The translations under genes and the position numbers were made by a program. From Candidatus Multivorans sp. (GTDB lineage: Bacteria > Acidobacteriota > Thermoanaerobaculia > Multivoradales > Multivoraceae): a DNA stretch of 64,000 nt. How positions within the stretch are numbered: position 1 is the first letter of the stretch; the number at the start of each line of letters is the position of its first letter. The stretch spans positions 320,001 through 384,000 of the forward strand of contig OZ251997.1 of NCBI GenBank assembly GCA_965247095.1, written 5' to 3'. A model generated the notes under the pieces. The model saw only the letters and a list, made by a program, of their open reading frames with translations, was not told the DNA's origin and did not search any database. Below are positions 9,168-17,984 of the stretch, piece by piece.

Positions 9168-10187
9168 ATGGACATGAGTTCACCGATGAGCGTCTTCTGG
9201 AATCCGCGGTGCGACGGGCACACCGTGCCGCCGCGGTTCCCGGAGCGGCCGGAGCGCGTTCAGCTGGCCCTGCCGTACCTGGAAGAGCGGGGCTGGGATC
9301 TGGTGGACACCGGCACGAACGGAGCGACGGGCGGGATGGCCGGGCAGGCCCGGCGGCTCGCCGCACAGGTCCACGACCCGGAGTACATCGAGCGGATGGA
9401 GGCCGCCGTGGCAGAGGTCGCCGCGTCGGCGGCGGAGGGGAACTTCCCGCGACGACCGACTCCGATGCTCGACACGAACGACAACCCGCTGTCGCCGGGA
9501 ACGGCCGACGCCGCCCGGGGCGCGGTCGATGCCGTGCTCGCGGCCGGCGACCACGTGATGCTCGGCGCCGGCCACCGTGCGATGACCGTGACCCGGCCGC
9601 CGGGACACCACTGCGAGCGGGACCGGGCCATGGGCTTCTGCTACCTGAACCAGATCGCGATCCTGGCCCAGGGCCTGATCGAGGTGTACGGCGTGGAGCG
9701 GGTGGCAGTCCTCGACTTCGATGTCCACCACGGCAACGGCACCCAGCACCTGTTCGACCATCGTTCCGATGTCGCCTATCTCAGCGTCCACCAGTACCCG
9801 TTCTATCCAGGCACGGGCGCCGCCAACGAGCGGGGCGTCGGCGCCGGTGAGGGCACGACGGTCAACGCCCCGCTGCCGGCGGGGAGTGGCGACGGCGTCT
9901 ACCGGGAGGTCATGGGTGACCTCCTGCTGCCGGCGGTGCGGTCGTTCCGCCCCGACGTGCTGCTTGTCTCGGCCGGTTTCGATGCCTGGCGGAACGACCC
10001 GATCGCGGGCATGGAGTTGACGGAGAAGAGCTTCCATCGGTTCGGCGTCGATCTGGCCGACCTTGCCGAGGACGTGTGCGAGGGTCGGCTCGTTTCCGTT
10101 CTGGAGGGTGGCTACGACACCGCCGCGCTGCCCGGCCTGATCGATGTCTATCTGACGGGCACGGTCGGGATGGCGCGGAGCGGGTAG
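9168..10187 (+). CDS. Histone deacetylase / acetylpolyamine amidohydrolase family protein
   Basis: RPPGHH, GFC, DFDVHHGNGTQ, SAGFD, LEGGY motifs. Confidence 0.93.
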   Translation: MDMSSPMSVFWNPRCDGHTVPPRFPERPERVQLALPYLEERGWDLVDTGTNGATGGMAGQARRLAAQVHDPEYIERMEAAVAEVAASAAEGNFPRRPTPMLDTNDNPLSPGTADAARGAVDAVLAAGDHVMLGAGHRAMTVTRPPGHHCERDRAMGFCYLNQIAILAQGLIEVYGVERVAVLDFDVHHGNGTQHLFDHRSDVAYLSVHQYPFYPGTGAANERGVGAGEGTTVNAPLPAGSGDGVYREVMGDLLLPAVRSFRPDVLLVSAGFDAWRNDPIAGMELTEKSFHRFGVDLADLAEDVCEGRLVSVLEGGYDTAALPGLIDVYLTGTVGMARSG

Positions 10188-10251
10188 CCCGAAGTGCCGG
10201 ACCGGAATCTTGGTGCGGGCGGCGCGTTGTAGCATGGTGAAGATTCGATGA

Positions 10252-10345
10252 GGGTGGCCGGTCGAGCCTACGGGCGTTTCGCCGGTCGAAACCGCATCGA
10301 GCGGGAAGCCGCGAGGAGCGGCCGGGCCTCGTTGCCGGACCACCC
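10252..10345 (+). ncRNA. Candidate structured 5' leader RNA upstream of HPF/RaiA gene
   Basis: Closing helix gggtgg-ccgg...ccgg-a-ccaccc enclosing hairpins gtttcg/cgaaac and gccgc/gcggc; TAGCAT -10-like box at 10230-10235. Confidence 0.35.
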
Positions 10346-10375
10346 AGGGGAACAACCAGGAGGAGGCAAACGAAG

Positions 10376-10780
10376 TTGAGATCGAGTCCCAGTTTTCCCG
10401 TCAGGATCCGTACTCAGGGCATCCGACTGAGCGATGATCTGAAGCGCACGATCGAGTTCGAGGCCCAGGGCCTGGAGCGGTTCAACTCGCGGATCGTCGA
10501 CTGTGAAGTGGCGGTTACCGGCCCAAGCGGGAACCGCCGCAACGGGTCGTCATTCGATGTCGTGGTCAAGGTCGCGCTGCCGGGGCCGGACGTGGTCGTC
10601 CACCGGTCGGCCGCCGCATCGATTCCGATCGCCATCAACCAGACATTCGCCACCGCCCGTCGCCGGGTGAAGCGTCAGGCCCACCTGCGGCGCAGGCGAA
10701 TGCCGCTGGGGCGGACTTCGGGGGTCGGTAGCCGGGGTCGGCCGCGGAACCGGAACGGCAGCGGGCGGATGCGCGCCTAG
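10376..10780 (+). CDS. HPF/RaiA family ribosome-associated (hibernation) protein with Arg-rich tail
   Basis: LERFNSRIVDCEVAV...FDVVVKVALPG...AINQTFATARRRVK; strong SD aggagg before TTG. Confidence 0.8.
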   Translation: MRSSPSFPVRIRTQGIRLSDDLKRTIEFEAQGLERFNSRIVDCEVAVTGPSGNRRNGSSFDVVVKVALPGPDVVVHRSAAASIPIAINQTFATARRRVKRQAHLRRRRMPLGRTSGVGSRGRPRNRNGSGRMRA

Positions 10781-10783
10781 TCC

Positions 10784-12082
10784 CTAGTCGGCGGAGGCGC
10801 CGAAGACGCCGTCGAGCACGGCGCGCACCCGAGGCAGCAGGGGATAGGTGTCCGGGTCGGACTCGGCCGCGGTGTAACCCACCCAGACGGCGACGACATC
10901 GCGGTCCGGGTTGACGAGCAGGCCTTGGCCGGCCCAGCCGCCTTTGTAGATGTCGTGGTTCGTGAACACGAGATCCCACTGGTAGACATTGTGCTTGATA
11001 TCAGGCGCTCTGCCGCCGAAACGGGCGTTCTCCAGCAGCTCCGGGCGACCGCCGTAGAGCAGGGTCTGGACGTGCTCCTCCGGCACGATCCGTTGCTGCG
11101 AGACCTTCGCGTAGCTGGGCGTGAACAGGAGGCCGAATCGTGCCATGTCCCTCGGGCGCGCCAGCATGCCGCCTGAAGTCAGCGGAATACCGTAGCGCCC
11201 GGCGTAGATCGAGGCGTCGGCCTCGGCGCCGATACGGGTCCAGATTCCGCGGCTCAGGGCGTCCTGGAAGGGCATGCCGGTGACTTCCTCGACCAGCCAG
11301 CCGAGCACGAACGTGTTGGTCCCCGAGTAGTCGAAGCCCTTGCCCTGCTTGGTCCAAGTGCCGACGTTCAGGTTCGAGAGCATCGTGTACGGGTCGTCAG
11401 GCGTTCGCTTGCTCCGCACCCCGTCGCCGAGCGAGGCTTCGAACTGGTAGTAGCAAGTGCTGCGGTCGCTGTAGTCGCCGTCGGGGCAGTCGACGCCCGA
11501 GGCCATGTCGAGCACGTTGCGGACGGTGACGCCCTCGAAGTCCGATCCCCTGAGCGCGGGCACGTAGCGGTCGACCGGTTTGGCCGTATCGACCAGCCCG
11601 CGGTGTTCGAGGATCGCCACCAGCGTCGCCGGCAGGACCTTCGTCACCGACCACCAGATCGGCTTCTCGTGCGGTTGCATCCGGGGATAGCGCTCGAAGA
11701 CGACCTCGCCCCGGTGGAGGATGACGATGCCCATCGTGGTCGAGTGTTCGCCTTGCAGGTACGCGTCGAAGCTCACTTCGCCTGACGGCGTCGCGACCGG
11801 AAAATCGGCGATCTCGGCCATCGGCCGCACCGTCAGCTCGCTGACCGGCCCGTCGCGATAGACGTTGACCGAGGGCACGATCTGGTGGAGGTTCCGGTTG
11901 CGCCAGGCCATCGCCTCGCCGGTCTCGGTCCACCAGACCTCTTCGGCCGGGTCGGGCAGAGCGCGGTGCTGGCGCAGGTTCTCCTCGATCATCCAGGTCG
12001 GTTGGAAGGTCGGGGCGGTGTTCTGGGCGCAGGCGGCAGCGGCGACGACGAGCGGGAGCGGCAGGAGGAGGCTTCGTTTCAT
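10784..12082 (-). CDS. Serine hydrolase, beta-lactamase class C / NylB-like, putative lipoprotein
   Basis: SVTK, LDMASG, FDYSG, GWAGQ; lipobox-like AAAC. Confidence 0.87.
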   Translation of the reverse strand: MKRSLLLPLPLVVAAAACAQNTAPTFQPTWMIEENLRQHRALPDPAEEVWWTETGEAMAWRNRNLHQIVPSVNVYRDGPVSELTVRPMAEIADFPVATPSGEVSFDAYLQGEHSTTMGIVILHRGEVVFERYPRMQPHEKPIWWSVTKVLPATLVAILEHRGLVDTAKPVDRYVPALRGSDFEGVTVRNVLDMASGVDCPDGDYSDRSTCYYQFEASLGDGVRSKRTPDDPYTMLSNLNVGTWTKQGKGFDYSGTNTFVLGWLVEEVTGMPFQDALSRGIWTRIGAEADASIYAGRYGIPLTSGGMLARPRDMARFGLLFTPSYAKVSQQRIVPEEHVQTLLYGGRPELLENARFGGRAPDIKHNVYQWDLVFTNHDIYKGGWAGQGLLVNPDRDVVAVWVGYTAAESDPDTYPLLPRVRAVLDGVFGASAD

Positions 12083-12128
12083 GGCCGCAGGCTAGCCGAA
12101 GACCGGGGACCGCTCAGCCCTCGAGTTC

Positions 12129-15100
12129 TCAGTCGAGCGAGCCCAGGTATTGCCAGATCGCATCGAACTGCCGCTCGGCCTCGCCGTTGAAGACGTCGTA
12201 GAGGCCCGTATGGCCGTCCTCGTCGACGAACTGGGGCATCTTGCTACCCGGCAGGATGCGCTGCGGGTCACGCAGGAAGCGATCGAAGTACTCGCGTCTC
12301 AGGCGCCGGCGGACGAGGGCGAAGTTGATCGTCTCTTCGGAACCTTCGCCGCCGAGTGCCGGCTCGTCGCCGAGGGCGTGGCAGGAGTGGCAGCCCAGGC
12401 GGTCGCCCCGGATCAAGTCCCTGCCGATCGCCGCCAGCGCCGCGTCAGCCGGCTCAGCGGTCACCGCCGATGCGGGCAGACCGTGCTGATGGTGCAGCCC
12501 GGTGGCCAGAACATTGGCGTGGGAAGCGAAGGCGGGCATCCGCGCGCGCAGATGCGGCCGTGGCCGGTCGACTGTGCGGCCGGCCAGGAAGTCATCGAGC
12601 CAGTCGCTGCGGAGCTTTTCGCCGGCCCAGGTCAGGGCCGGAGGCAGCAGGTCCGGGCCGGACTCGTCCGGGGTTGCGGGTGAAGAGGCGAAATCGTCCT
12701 GGGCCGCCGTGTCGTCGGAAGGATCGGAAGCAACGGCCGGGGCCGACCAGGAAGCGGCGCTGCCGTCGCGGGCGTGGCAGGCGAGGCAGCCGCCGGCAGT
12801 GATCCGGCGCTCGGCGAACTCGGCGGGAATCCCGCGCGTGAGGGACGCCACGTCGTCGGCGAGGAACCGTTCGATCGAAGCGGTCTCGGCGACATCGAAG
12901 TCGTAGCGCGGATGATTGGTGTCGGCGCTTCCGGTGCCGATCCAGGGCAGGGCGGCAGCGGCAAGCCCGCTCATCGGGGCGGCGGGCGCGGGAGGGTCGT
13001 CGTCTCCGAGCGAGTGACAGCTTCGGCAGCGGAGTTCCTCGACCAGGCGCCGGCCTCGATCCGGGTCGCCCCGGATGGGCGGGGGGGTTGTGGTTGGGGC
13101 GGTCTCGACGGGCGTGGCGGCGCCTTCGCTTGCCGGTGCGAGCAGGTACGCGGCCAGGGCGCCGGCTTCCGCCGGCTCGAGTGCGATCCGTGGCATCCGG
13201 CCCCACGGATCGGCGGCGGCCGGGTCGAGCAGGTACGCGGTCAGAGCATGCGGCTGCCACTTGTCCCGGATTCGCAACACGGGAAGCTCATCGCCGTGGC
13301 ATGCCGCGCAGCCGATCTCGTTGTACAGGCGGCGGCCGTCGGCGACAGCGCCGTCCAGCGGGCCTGGCCCGGCTTGGCGCTCCTGATCGTCGGCGTTGAC
13401 GGTCATCAGATACGCGGCGAGGTCGGCGGCTTGTCGGCGCGCTTCGACGGCGTCGGTCGAGAGCAGTCGCGGCATGCGGGCCTGTGGTCGAACCGAGCCC
13501 GGGTCGAGCAACCAGCGCTCGATCCACTGCCGGCGCAGGCGCGAACCGATGCCGCCTAAGTCTGGCGCCGTAGCGGCGAGTTCGGGCATGGCGTCCGACA
13601 GCGCATCCGGCGTGCCAGCAGCCGGATGGCAACGGATGCACAGCGCGTCTGCGACCAGGTCGCGGGCCGCGCGGCGTGCGGCGCCGTGGTCGAGTTCCGC
13701 CGAAGAGGGCCGCCGCAGGGACTCCGGCGGCAAGGGTTCCTCCGGCAGGTAGTCGTTGCTCCAGCTCAGGCGAAGGGAGGCGTCGCCGCGTGCCGGGCTG
13801 CGGTAGACGAGTTGGATCGGGTTGAGGCCCTTGTTCAGCCGCACCTCGCCGTTGGTCGATACCGGAGCGCCGCCGGCGGGCAGATTCTCCGAATCAACGA
13901 CGACCTCGCCGCCGATGCTCAGCCGAACGGCGCCCGAGCCGCGCACGGTGAACCGGTACCAGTCGTTCAGGTCGAGCTCGACTGCGCCGCGGAAGGTGGC
14001 CTCGAACGGGCCGGCGTCGATGAAGGGGCTGGCGGCCTGACCCGCGGGAACGTAGAGCGCGGCCAGACGCGCGACGCGAACGTCCGTGGCGTCGCTCTCT
14101 TGCGACCGGAGCGCAAGCTCGAGGCCGGGATGCTCGAAGCCTTCAGCTTCGGGTTGTGCGGCGACGACGCCCGCGAGGATCTCTCTGCCGGCGCGGGATC
14201 CGAGTTCGTGAATCGTGCCGTGGATGAACTCGCGCATCCGCTCGCCGTCGGCACTTCGGAGGTTCATCTCCAGGTGGTATTGCTGCACCGGGAGGATGTC
14301 CGGGATCTCGACGAAGACCGAGCGCCCGTCGGCGGAGAGGGTTGCCGACGGAATCGCGAGAACGTCTTCGCCCGCGCCCTCGCCGAGCACCCGGTAGTCC
14401 TCGGAGCCGTAGCTCGCCTGACGCAGGTACTGCCAGATCCGTATCGAGTAGTTCCCGGGGTCGGTGGCGACGGCCGGGTCGAGCGCCGTGGTGAAGCGGA
14501 CCACGATGCCGTCGGGCGCGGTCTCGTAGGCCGCCGGGATGCGCAGCGGCTCGTCGGTTCGCCGCACGCGGTAGAAGCCGCCGGACTGGGTCCGGTCGCC
14601 TGCCCAGGCGAACAGACCGCAGACGTAGAGGTGGTCGTCGGCGGGGTTGAAGCGGCCCCGGATCAGGCCGGTCGGCGCTGCCACGACGGGGAGTTCGACC
14701 ACTGCCGCCTGGCGAGGCGGGCCGTCGTTGCCGGCGAAAGCCTGGTCGAAGAGCACCGAGAACATCTTGCCGTTGCCGTAGGACAGGTAGATCAGCGATT
14801 CGTCGAGTTCGCCCCAGCGTTCGCTCCGGATCCGCACCGGCGCCGACGGCGAGCGGTCGACGTCGTGGTGGATCCACGTCACGGGTTGAACGAAGTCGTC
14901 CGGGTCGCGGTCGGGCTCGCGCCAGGCCCGCATGTAGCCGTGGAAGGTCCCCGGCTCGACCCAGTTGATCCGGTTCTCGGGCGTCCAGTGCCCCTCCTGG
15001 TCGGTGACGATCACGCTCCCGTCGGGATTGACCACCAGCCCGTTCGGCGCCCGGAAGCCGTTGGCGATGATCTCGGTGGAGGCGCCGTCGGCGGAGACCT

Positions 15101-16544
15101 TGAGGATCGTGCCGTGCTGGGGCACGCGGGCGTCGAAGTCGTGCCCCGTGCCCTTGGCGTAGTAGAAGTTGCCTTCGGCGTCCGTTTCCAGGCCGACGGA
15201 GAACTCGTGGAAGTGGGCGGAGGCCTGGGCGTCGTGGTTGAACGCCTCGTAGTGGTCGGCCTCGCCGTCGCCGTTCAGGTCGTGGAGGCGGGTGATCTGG
15301 TCGCGGGAGGTGACGAAGATCTCGCCATCCCTGGTGTTCACGCCGAGCGGCTCGTACATCCCGGTGGCGAAACGTTTCCAGGTGACCGACAAGGTCTCGT
15401 CGCCGGCCAGACCGTCGCCGCCCAGGCCGTCGACGATCCAGACATCGCCCATCCAGGTCGCGACCACGGCGCGCCGGCCGCCGTCCAGGAAGTCGAAGCC
15501 GCCCAGCCGCATCCAGGATCGGTAGGGGTTGTCGAGCGGCGTGGTGATCGCCTCGAGCGCGAAGGGGCCGCTGCGGCGGCCGAGGACGCGGCTTTCGGTC
15601 GTTACGGTCACGGTCCAGTGGGCGGGGCCGCCGTGGGTCAACGCGTCGAGATCGGCGGCCCGCGGGGACTGTCTGGCCCGCGCCAGGAAGCCGGAGTTCG
15701 ACCTGCCGCGCTGCCCGATCACGACCTTGAACCGGACCGGCTCGGCGCCGGCCGGCACGCGCAGCCGCAGGTGGTTGCTGTCGTCAATCTCCCACCGGGC
15801 GCCGTCCGGCGCGCCGAGCATTGCGGCGACCAGCGGGCCGCTTCGCTCGGCGACGGTGGGCTGCGACGAGCGTGGCGTTCGGAAACCGGCGGCGTTGCCC
15901 TCGGCCCAGGCATTGCCTCCCTCCTGGTACGCCACCTGGATCAGGAGGTCCGTGTTCCGCGGCCCGATGTTGAGAGTGCGGCTGAAGGCGCCGAAGCCGT
16001 CGGACGCTCCGAGTTCCAGCACGTCAGCGCCGCCCACGCGGTAGCTCAGCACGACTTGGGAACCGTGGAGATAGTGCCCGAGCCAGCGCGCGACGGCACG
16101 TTCCTGCGGCCCGAAGCGGCGTCCGCCGCGGCCCACGATGCGGGTATCCCCTAAGTCGTCGCCCGCTCTCGACCAGCCCGGTGCGTCCGGATTCGTGAAC
16201 ACGATGTCGCCCACGATCGCCGGCTCGATCTCGTGCCGACCGTTGTAGTTGATCGAGTTCCAGTCCATGAAGCCGGACCCGGTCCAGCCCGCGGCCCAGC
16301 GCAGGGTGTCGGTGTCGAAGAGCAGGAACTCCGTGCCCTTGGCCACGCCGCCGGGACCCTCGTCGACCCGGATGGCTATGCCCTTGTTCGCGTTGTTGCC
16401 CGGCTCGACGATGTAGGAGTGGACCTTGAACGGCCCGTAGTCCATGTCGGACCAGGGGTCGCCGGTCAGCTCCTGGGCGCTGGTGATGCCGGCGAGCAGA
16501 ATGGCGGCTGCAATCGGCAGAACGACAGCGGTCAGATGTCGCAT
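12129..16544 (-). CDS. Large exported DUF6797 / beta-propeller dehydrogenase-like / PA14 / penta-heme cytochrome c fusion protein
   Basis: Signal peptide; MDYGPF start; GFRAPNG and DQEGHW propeller motifs; PA14-like segment; five CxxCH (CIRCH, CAACH, CRSCH, CLACH, CHSCH). Confidence 0.78.
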   Translation of the reverse strand: MRHLTAVVLPIAAAILLAGITSAQELTGDPWSDMDYGPFKVHSYIVEPGNNANKGIAIRVDEGPGGVAKGTEFLLFDTDTLRWAAGWTGSGFMDWNSINYNGRHEIEPAIVGDIVFTNPDAPGWSRAGDDLGDTRIVGRGGRRFGPQERAVARWLGHYLHGSQVVLSYRVGGADVLELGASDGFGAFSRTLNIGPRNTDLLIQVAYQEGGNAWAEGNAAGFRTPRSSQPTVAERSGPLVAAMLGAPDGARWEIDDSNHLRLRVPAGAEPVRFKVVIGQRGRSNSGFLARARQSPRAADLDALTHGGPAHWTVTVTTESRVLGRRSGPFALEAITTPLDNPYRSWMRLGGFDFLDGGRRAVVATWMGDVWIVDGLGGDGLAGDETLSVTWKRFATGMYEPLGVNTRDGEIFVTSRDQITRLHDLNGDGEADHYEAFNHDAQASAHFHEFSVGLETDAEGNFYYAKGTGHDFDARVPQHGTILKVSADGASTEIIANGFRAPNGLVVNPDGSVIVTDQEGHWTPENRINWVEPGTFHGYMRAWREPDRDPDDFVQPVTWIHHDVDRSPSAPVRIRSERWGELDESLIYLSYGNGKMFSVLFDQAFAGNDGPPRQAAVVELPVVAAPTGLIRGRFNPADDHLYVCGLFAWAGDRTQSGGFYRVRRTDEPLRIPAAYETAPDGIVVRFTTALDPAVATDPGNYSIRIWQYLRQASYGSEDYRVLGEGAGEDVLAIPSATLSADGRSVFVEIPDILPVQQYHLEMNLRSADGERMREFIHGTIHELGSRAGREILAGVVAAQPEAEGFEHPGLELALRSQESDATDVRVARLAALYVPAGQAASPFIDAGPFEATFRGAVELDLNDWYRFTVRGSGAVRLSIGGEVVVDSENLPAGGAPVSTNGEVRLNKGLNPIQLVYRSPARGDASLRLSWSNDYLPEEPLPPESLRRPSSAELDHGAARRAARDLVADALCIRCHPAAGTPDALSDAMPELAATAPDLGGIGSRLRRQWIERWLLDPGSVRPQARMPRLLSTDAVEARRQAADLAAYLMTVNADDQERQAGPGPLDGAVADGRRLYNEIGCAACHGDELPVLRIRDKWQPHALTAYLLDPAAADPWGRMPRIALEPAEAGALAAYLLAPASEGAATPVETAPTTTPPPIRGDPDRGRRLVEELRCRSCHSLGDDDPPAPAAPMSGLAAAALPWIGTGSADTNHPRYDFDVAETASIERFLADDVASLTRGIPAEFAERRITAGGCLACHARDGSAASWSAPAVASDPSDDTAAQDDFASSPATPDESGPDLLPPALTWAGEKLRSDWLDDFLAGRTVDRPRPHLRARMPAFASHANVLATGLHHQHGLPASAVTAEPADAALAAIGRDLIRGDRLGCHSCHALGDEPALGGEGSEETINFALVRRRLRREYFDRFLRDPQRILPGSKMPQFVDEDGHTGLYDVFNGEAERQFDAIWQYLGSLD

Positions 16545-16618
16545 CGGGCGGAGGATTGTAGCCGGGGGGATTCGAGTGGGGCAGGTATCGGCACCTGGCC
16601 GGGCTGCGCCGCCACGTG

Positions 16619-16999
16619 TCATGTTGCCTTGAGCATCAGGCCCCCGTGTGCCGCGAAGTGGCGGAAGTCCCGGTCTCTTGTCACCAAGGGCAGGTCGTGA
16701 TCCAGACAGGATTGGCAGATCAGCGTGTCCGCCAGGTTGGCTCGCAACCCCCTTGCGAGGACTTGCGATCGCAGCGTCGCCGCGCGTTCCCAGTAGCCGG
16801 GTGCCACCTGCAAGAGCGGAAGCTGCCGGATCAACGCCTTGGTGTCTTCGTCTGCCGTCGGACTGCTGAGAAGCTCGGTCAGGACGACCGGGGGCAGGAC
16901 GGCGATACCGAGGAGCAGTGCCTCCTCAACGGCGTCAACATCAGCTCCTTCTTGACCCTCTAGGTAGGCGATGAGCGAACTGGTGTCGAGCGCGATCAA
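16619..16999 (-). CDS. vapC: PIN-domain VapC toxin
   Basis: IALDTS, VLTEL, LADTLI, LVTRDRDF acidic tetrad. Confidence 0.9.
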   Translation of the reverse strand: MIALDTSSLIAYLEGQEGADVDAVEEALLLGIAVLPPVVLTELLSSPTADEDTKALIRQLPLLQVAPGYWERAATLRSQVLARGLRANLADTLICQSCLDHDLPLVTRDRDFRHFAAHGGLMLKAT

Positions 17000-17012
17000 G
17001 GCGTAGCGGCGC

Positions 17013-17234
17013 CTAGTCTTCCCTGAGGCGCTTCAGGTCGAGATCGAAACGGACCCGGCCGCGAAGCGCGCGGAGCTTCTCGTAGGCGTCGCGTGCGGCG
17101 ACGAGGTGAAGGCCTTGGCGAACCGTCTCCGTGATCCCGGAGCCGCTCGCCTCCCGGGCGCGCGCGAGGAGCACATGCGGTACGTGGACGGTGATCTTCT
17201 GCAGAGCCGCGTCGTTACTTGCTGTCTCGGCCAT
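17013..17234 (-). CDS. Putative RHH-type antitoxin (VapB-like)
   Basis: 73 aa, KITVHVP...GITETVRQGL, immediately upstream of PIN gene. Confidence 0.75.
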   Translation of the reverse strand: MAETASNDAALQKITVHVPHVLLARAREASGSGITETVRQGLHLVAARDAYEKLRALRGRVRFDLDLKRLRED

Positions 17235-17257
17235 GGTGCGAACGTACCATACGTGGC

Positions 17258-17275
17258 GCCATAGTCATTTATGGC
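17258..17275. promoter_or_regulatory. Palindromic operator candidate for TA module 1
   Basis: gccata-N6-tatggc just upstream of antitoxin start. Confidence 0.45.
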
Positions 17276-17327
17276 ATCGTGTTGCCTGTTGACGGAAGCC
17301 GCTGGTGAGGCTACGTTCATGGGCACC

Positions 17328-17864
17328 ATGAAGAAGACAACACTCTGGATCGTCGCCGCTGTGGCCGGTCTTGTCCTGCTCGGCCTTGGCTACGGCATTG
17401 GCTGGATCACGGGCGTCACCGGTGTCGGCCGGACGGTGCCGATCGAAGAACTCTCCGAGCGGGAGCGCGCATTCGCCGAGCGGATGCAAAGCGTGGACTT
17501 GGTGGGGCACTTCACGATCGACAACCTGGAAGGTCTTGAGGAGTTCGAGGTCAGGCGCGACCGCAACCCCGAGCGCTACGAGATCGCGAGCGTCGCGAAG
17601 CTCGAGGGAGAGGGGGACCGGTGGCGCTTCGACGTCCGCGTGGTCTACATGACGGTCGACGTGACCCTGCCGGTCGTCGTGCCGCTCGTATGGGCTGGCG
17701 ATACGCCCATGGTCAGCATCACCGACTTCGAGATTCCTGGCTTGGGCGACCAGTTCGGGGCGCGGGTGTTGTTCTATGACGACCGGTATGCCGGCACCTG
17801 GGACCACGGGCCATACGGCGGGATGATGTACGGCGTGATCGAGCCGGCGGGGGGCGGCGAGTAG
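17328..17864 (+). CDS. Hypothetical membrane-anchored protein
   Basis: N-terminal TM helix; beta-rich body ending YAGTWDHG..GGMMYGVI. Confidence 0.7.
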   Translation: MKKTTLWIVAAVAGLVLLGLGYGIGWITGVTGVGRTVPIEELSERERAFAERMQSVDLVGHFTIDNLEGLEEFEVRRDRNPERYEIASVAKLEGEGDRWRFDVRVVYMTVDVTLPVVVPLVWAGDTPMVSITDFEIPGLGDQFGARVLFYDDRYAGTWDHGPYGGMMYGVIEPAGGGE

Positions 17865-17972
17865 CGCGGCGAAGCCTACGGGCTCGCCGCTTCGCGGCGT
17901 CGCCCGGATGCGGGCGAGACGCCCGCGTTCCCAGGGGACGGAGCCGGATGCCGGCGGGGACGCCGGCGCACC
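17865..17972. repeat. REP/BIME-like palindrome cluster between convergent genes
   Basis: ccggatgcgggcgagacgcccgcgttcccagg (17904-17935) followed by ccggatgccggcggggacgccggcgcacc (17944-17972). Confidence 0.75.
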
Positions 17973-17984
17973 TGTACCTTCGAG

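Noticed and set aside
10252-10345. Known raiA motif RNA
   Set aside because: Too short and no recognisable similarity to the motif as I recall it; kept only as an unclassified candidate
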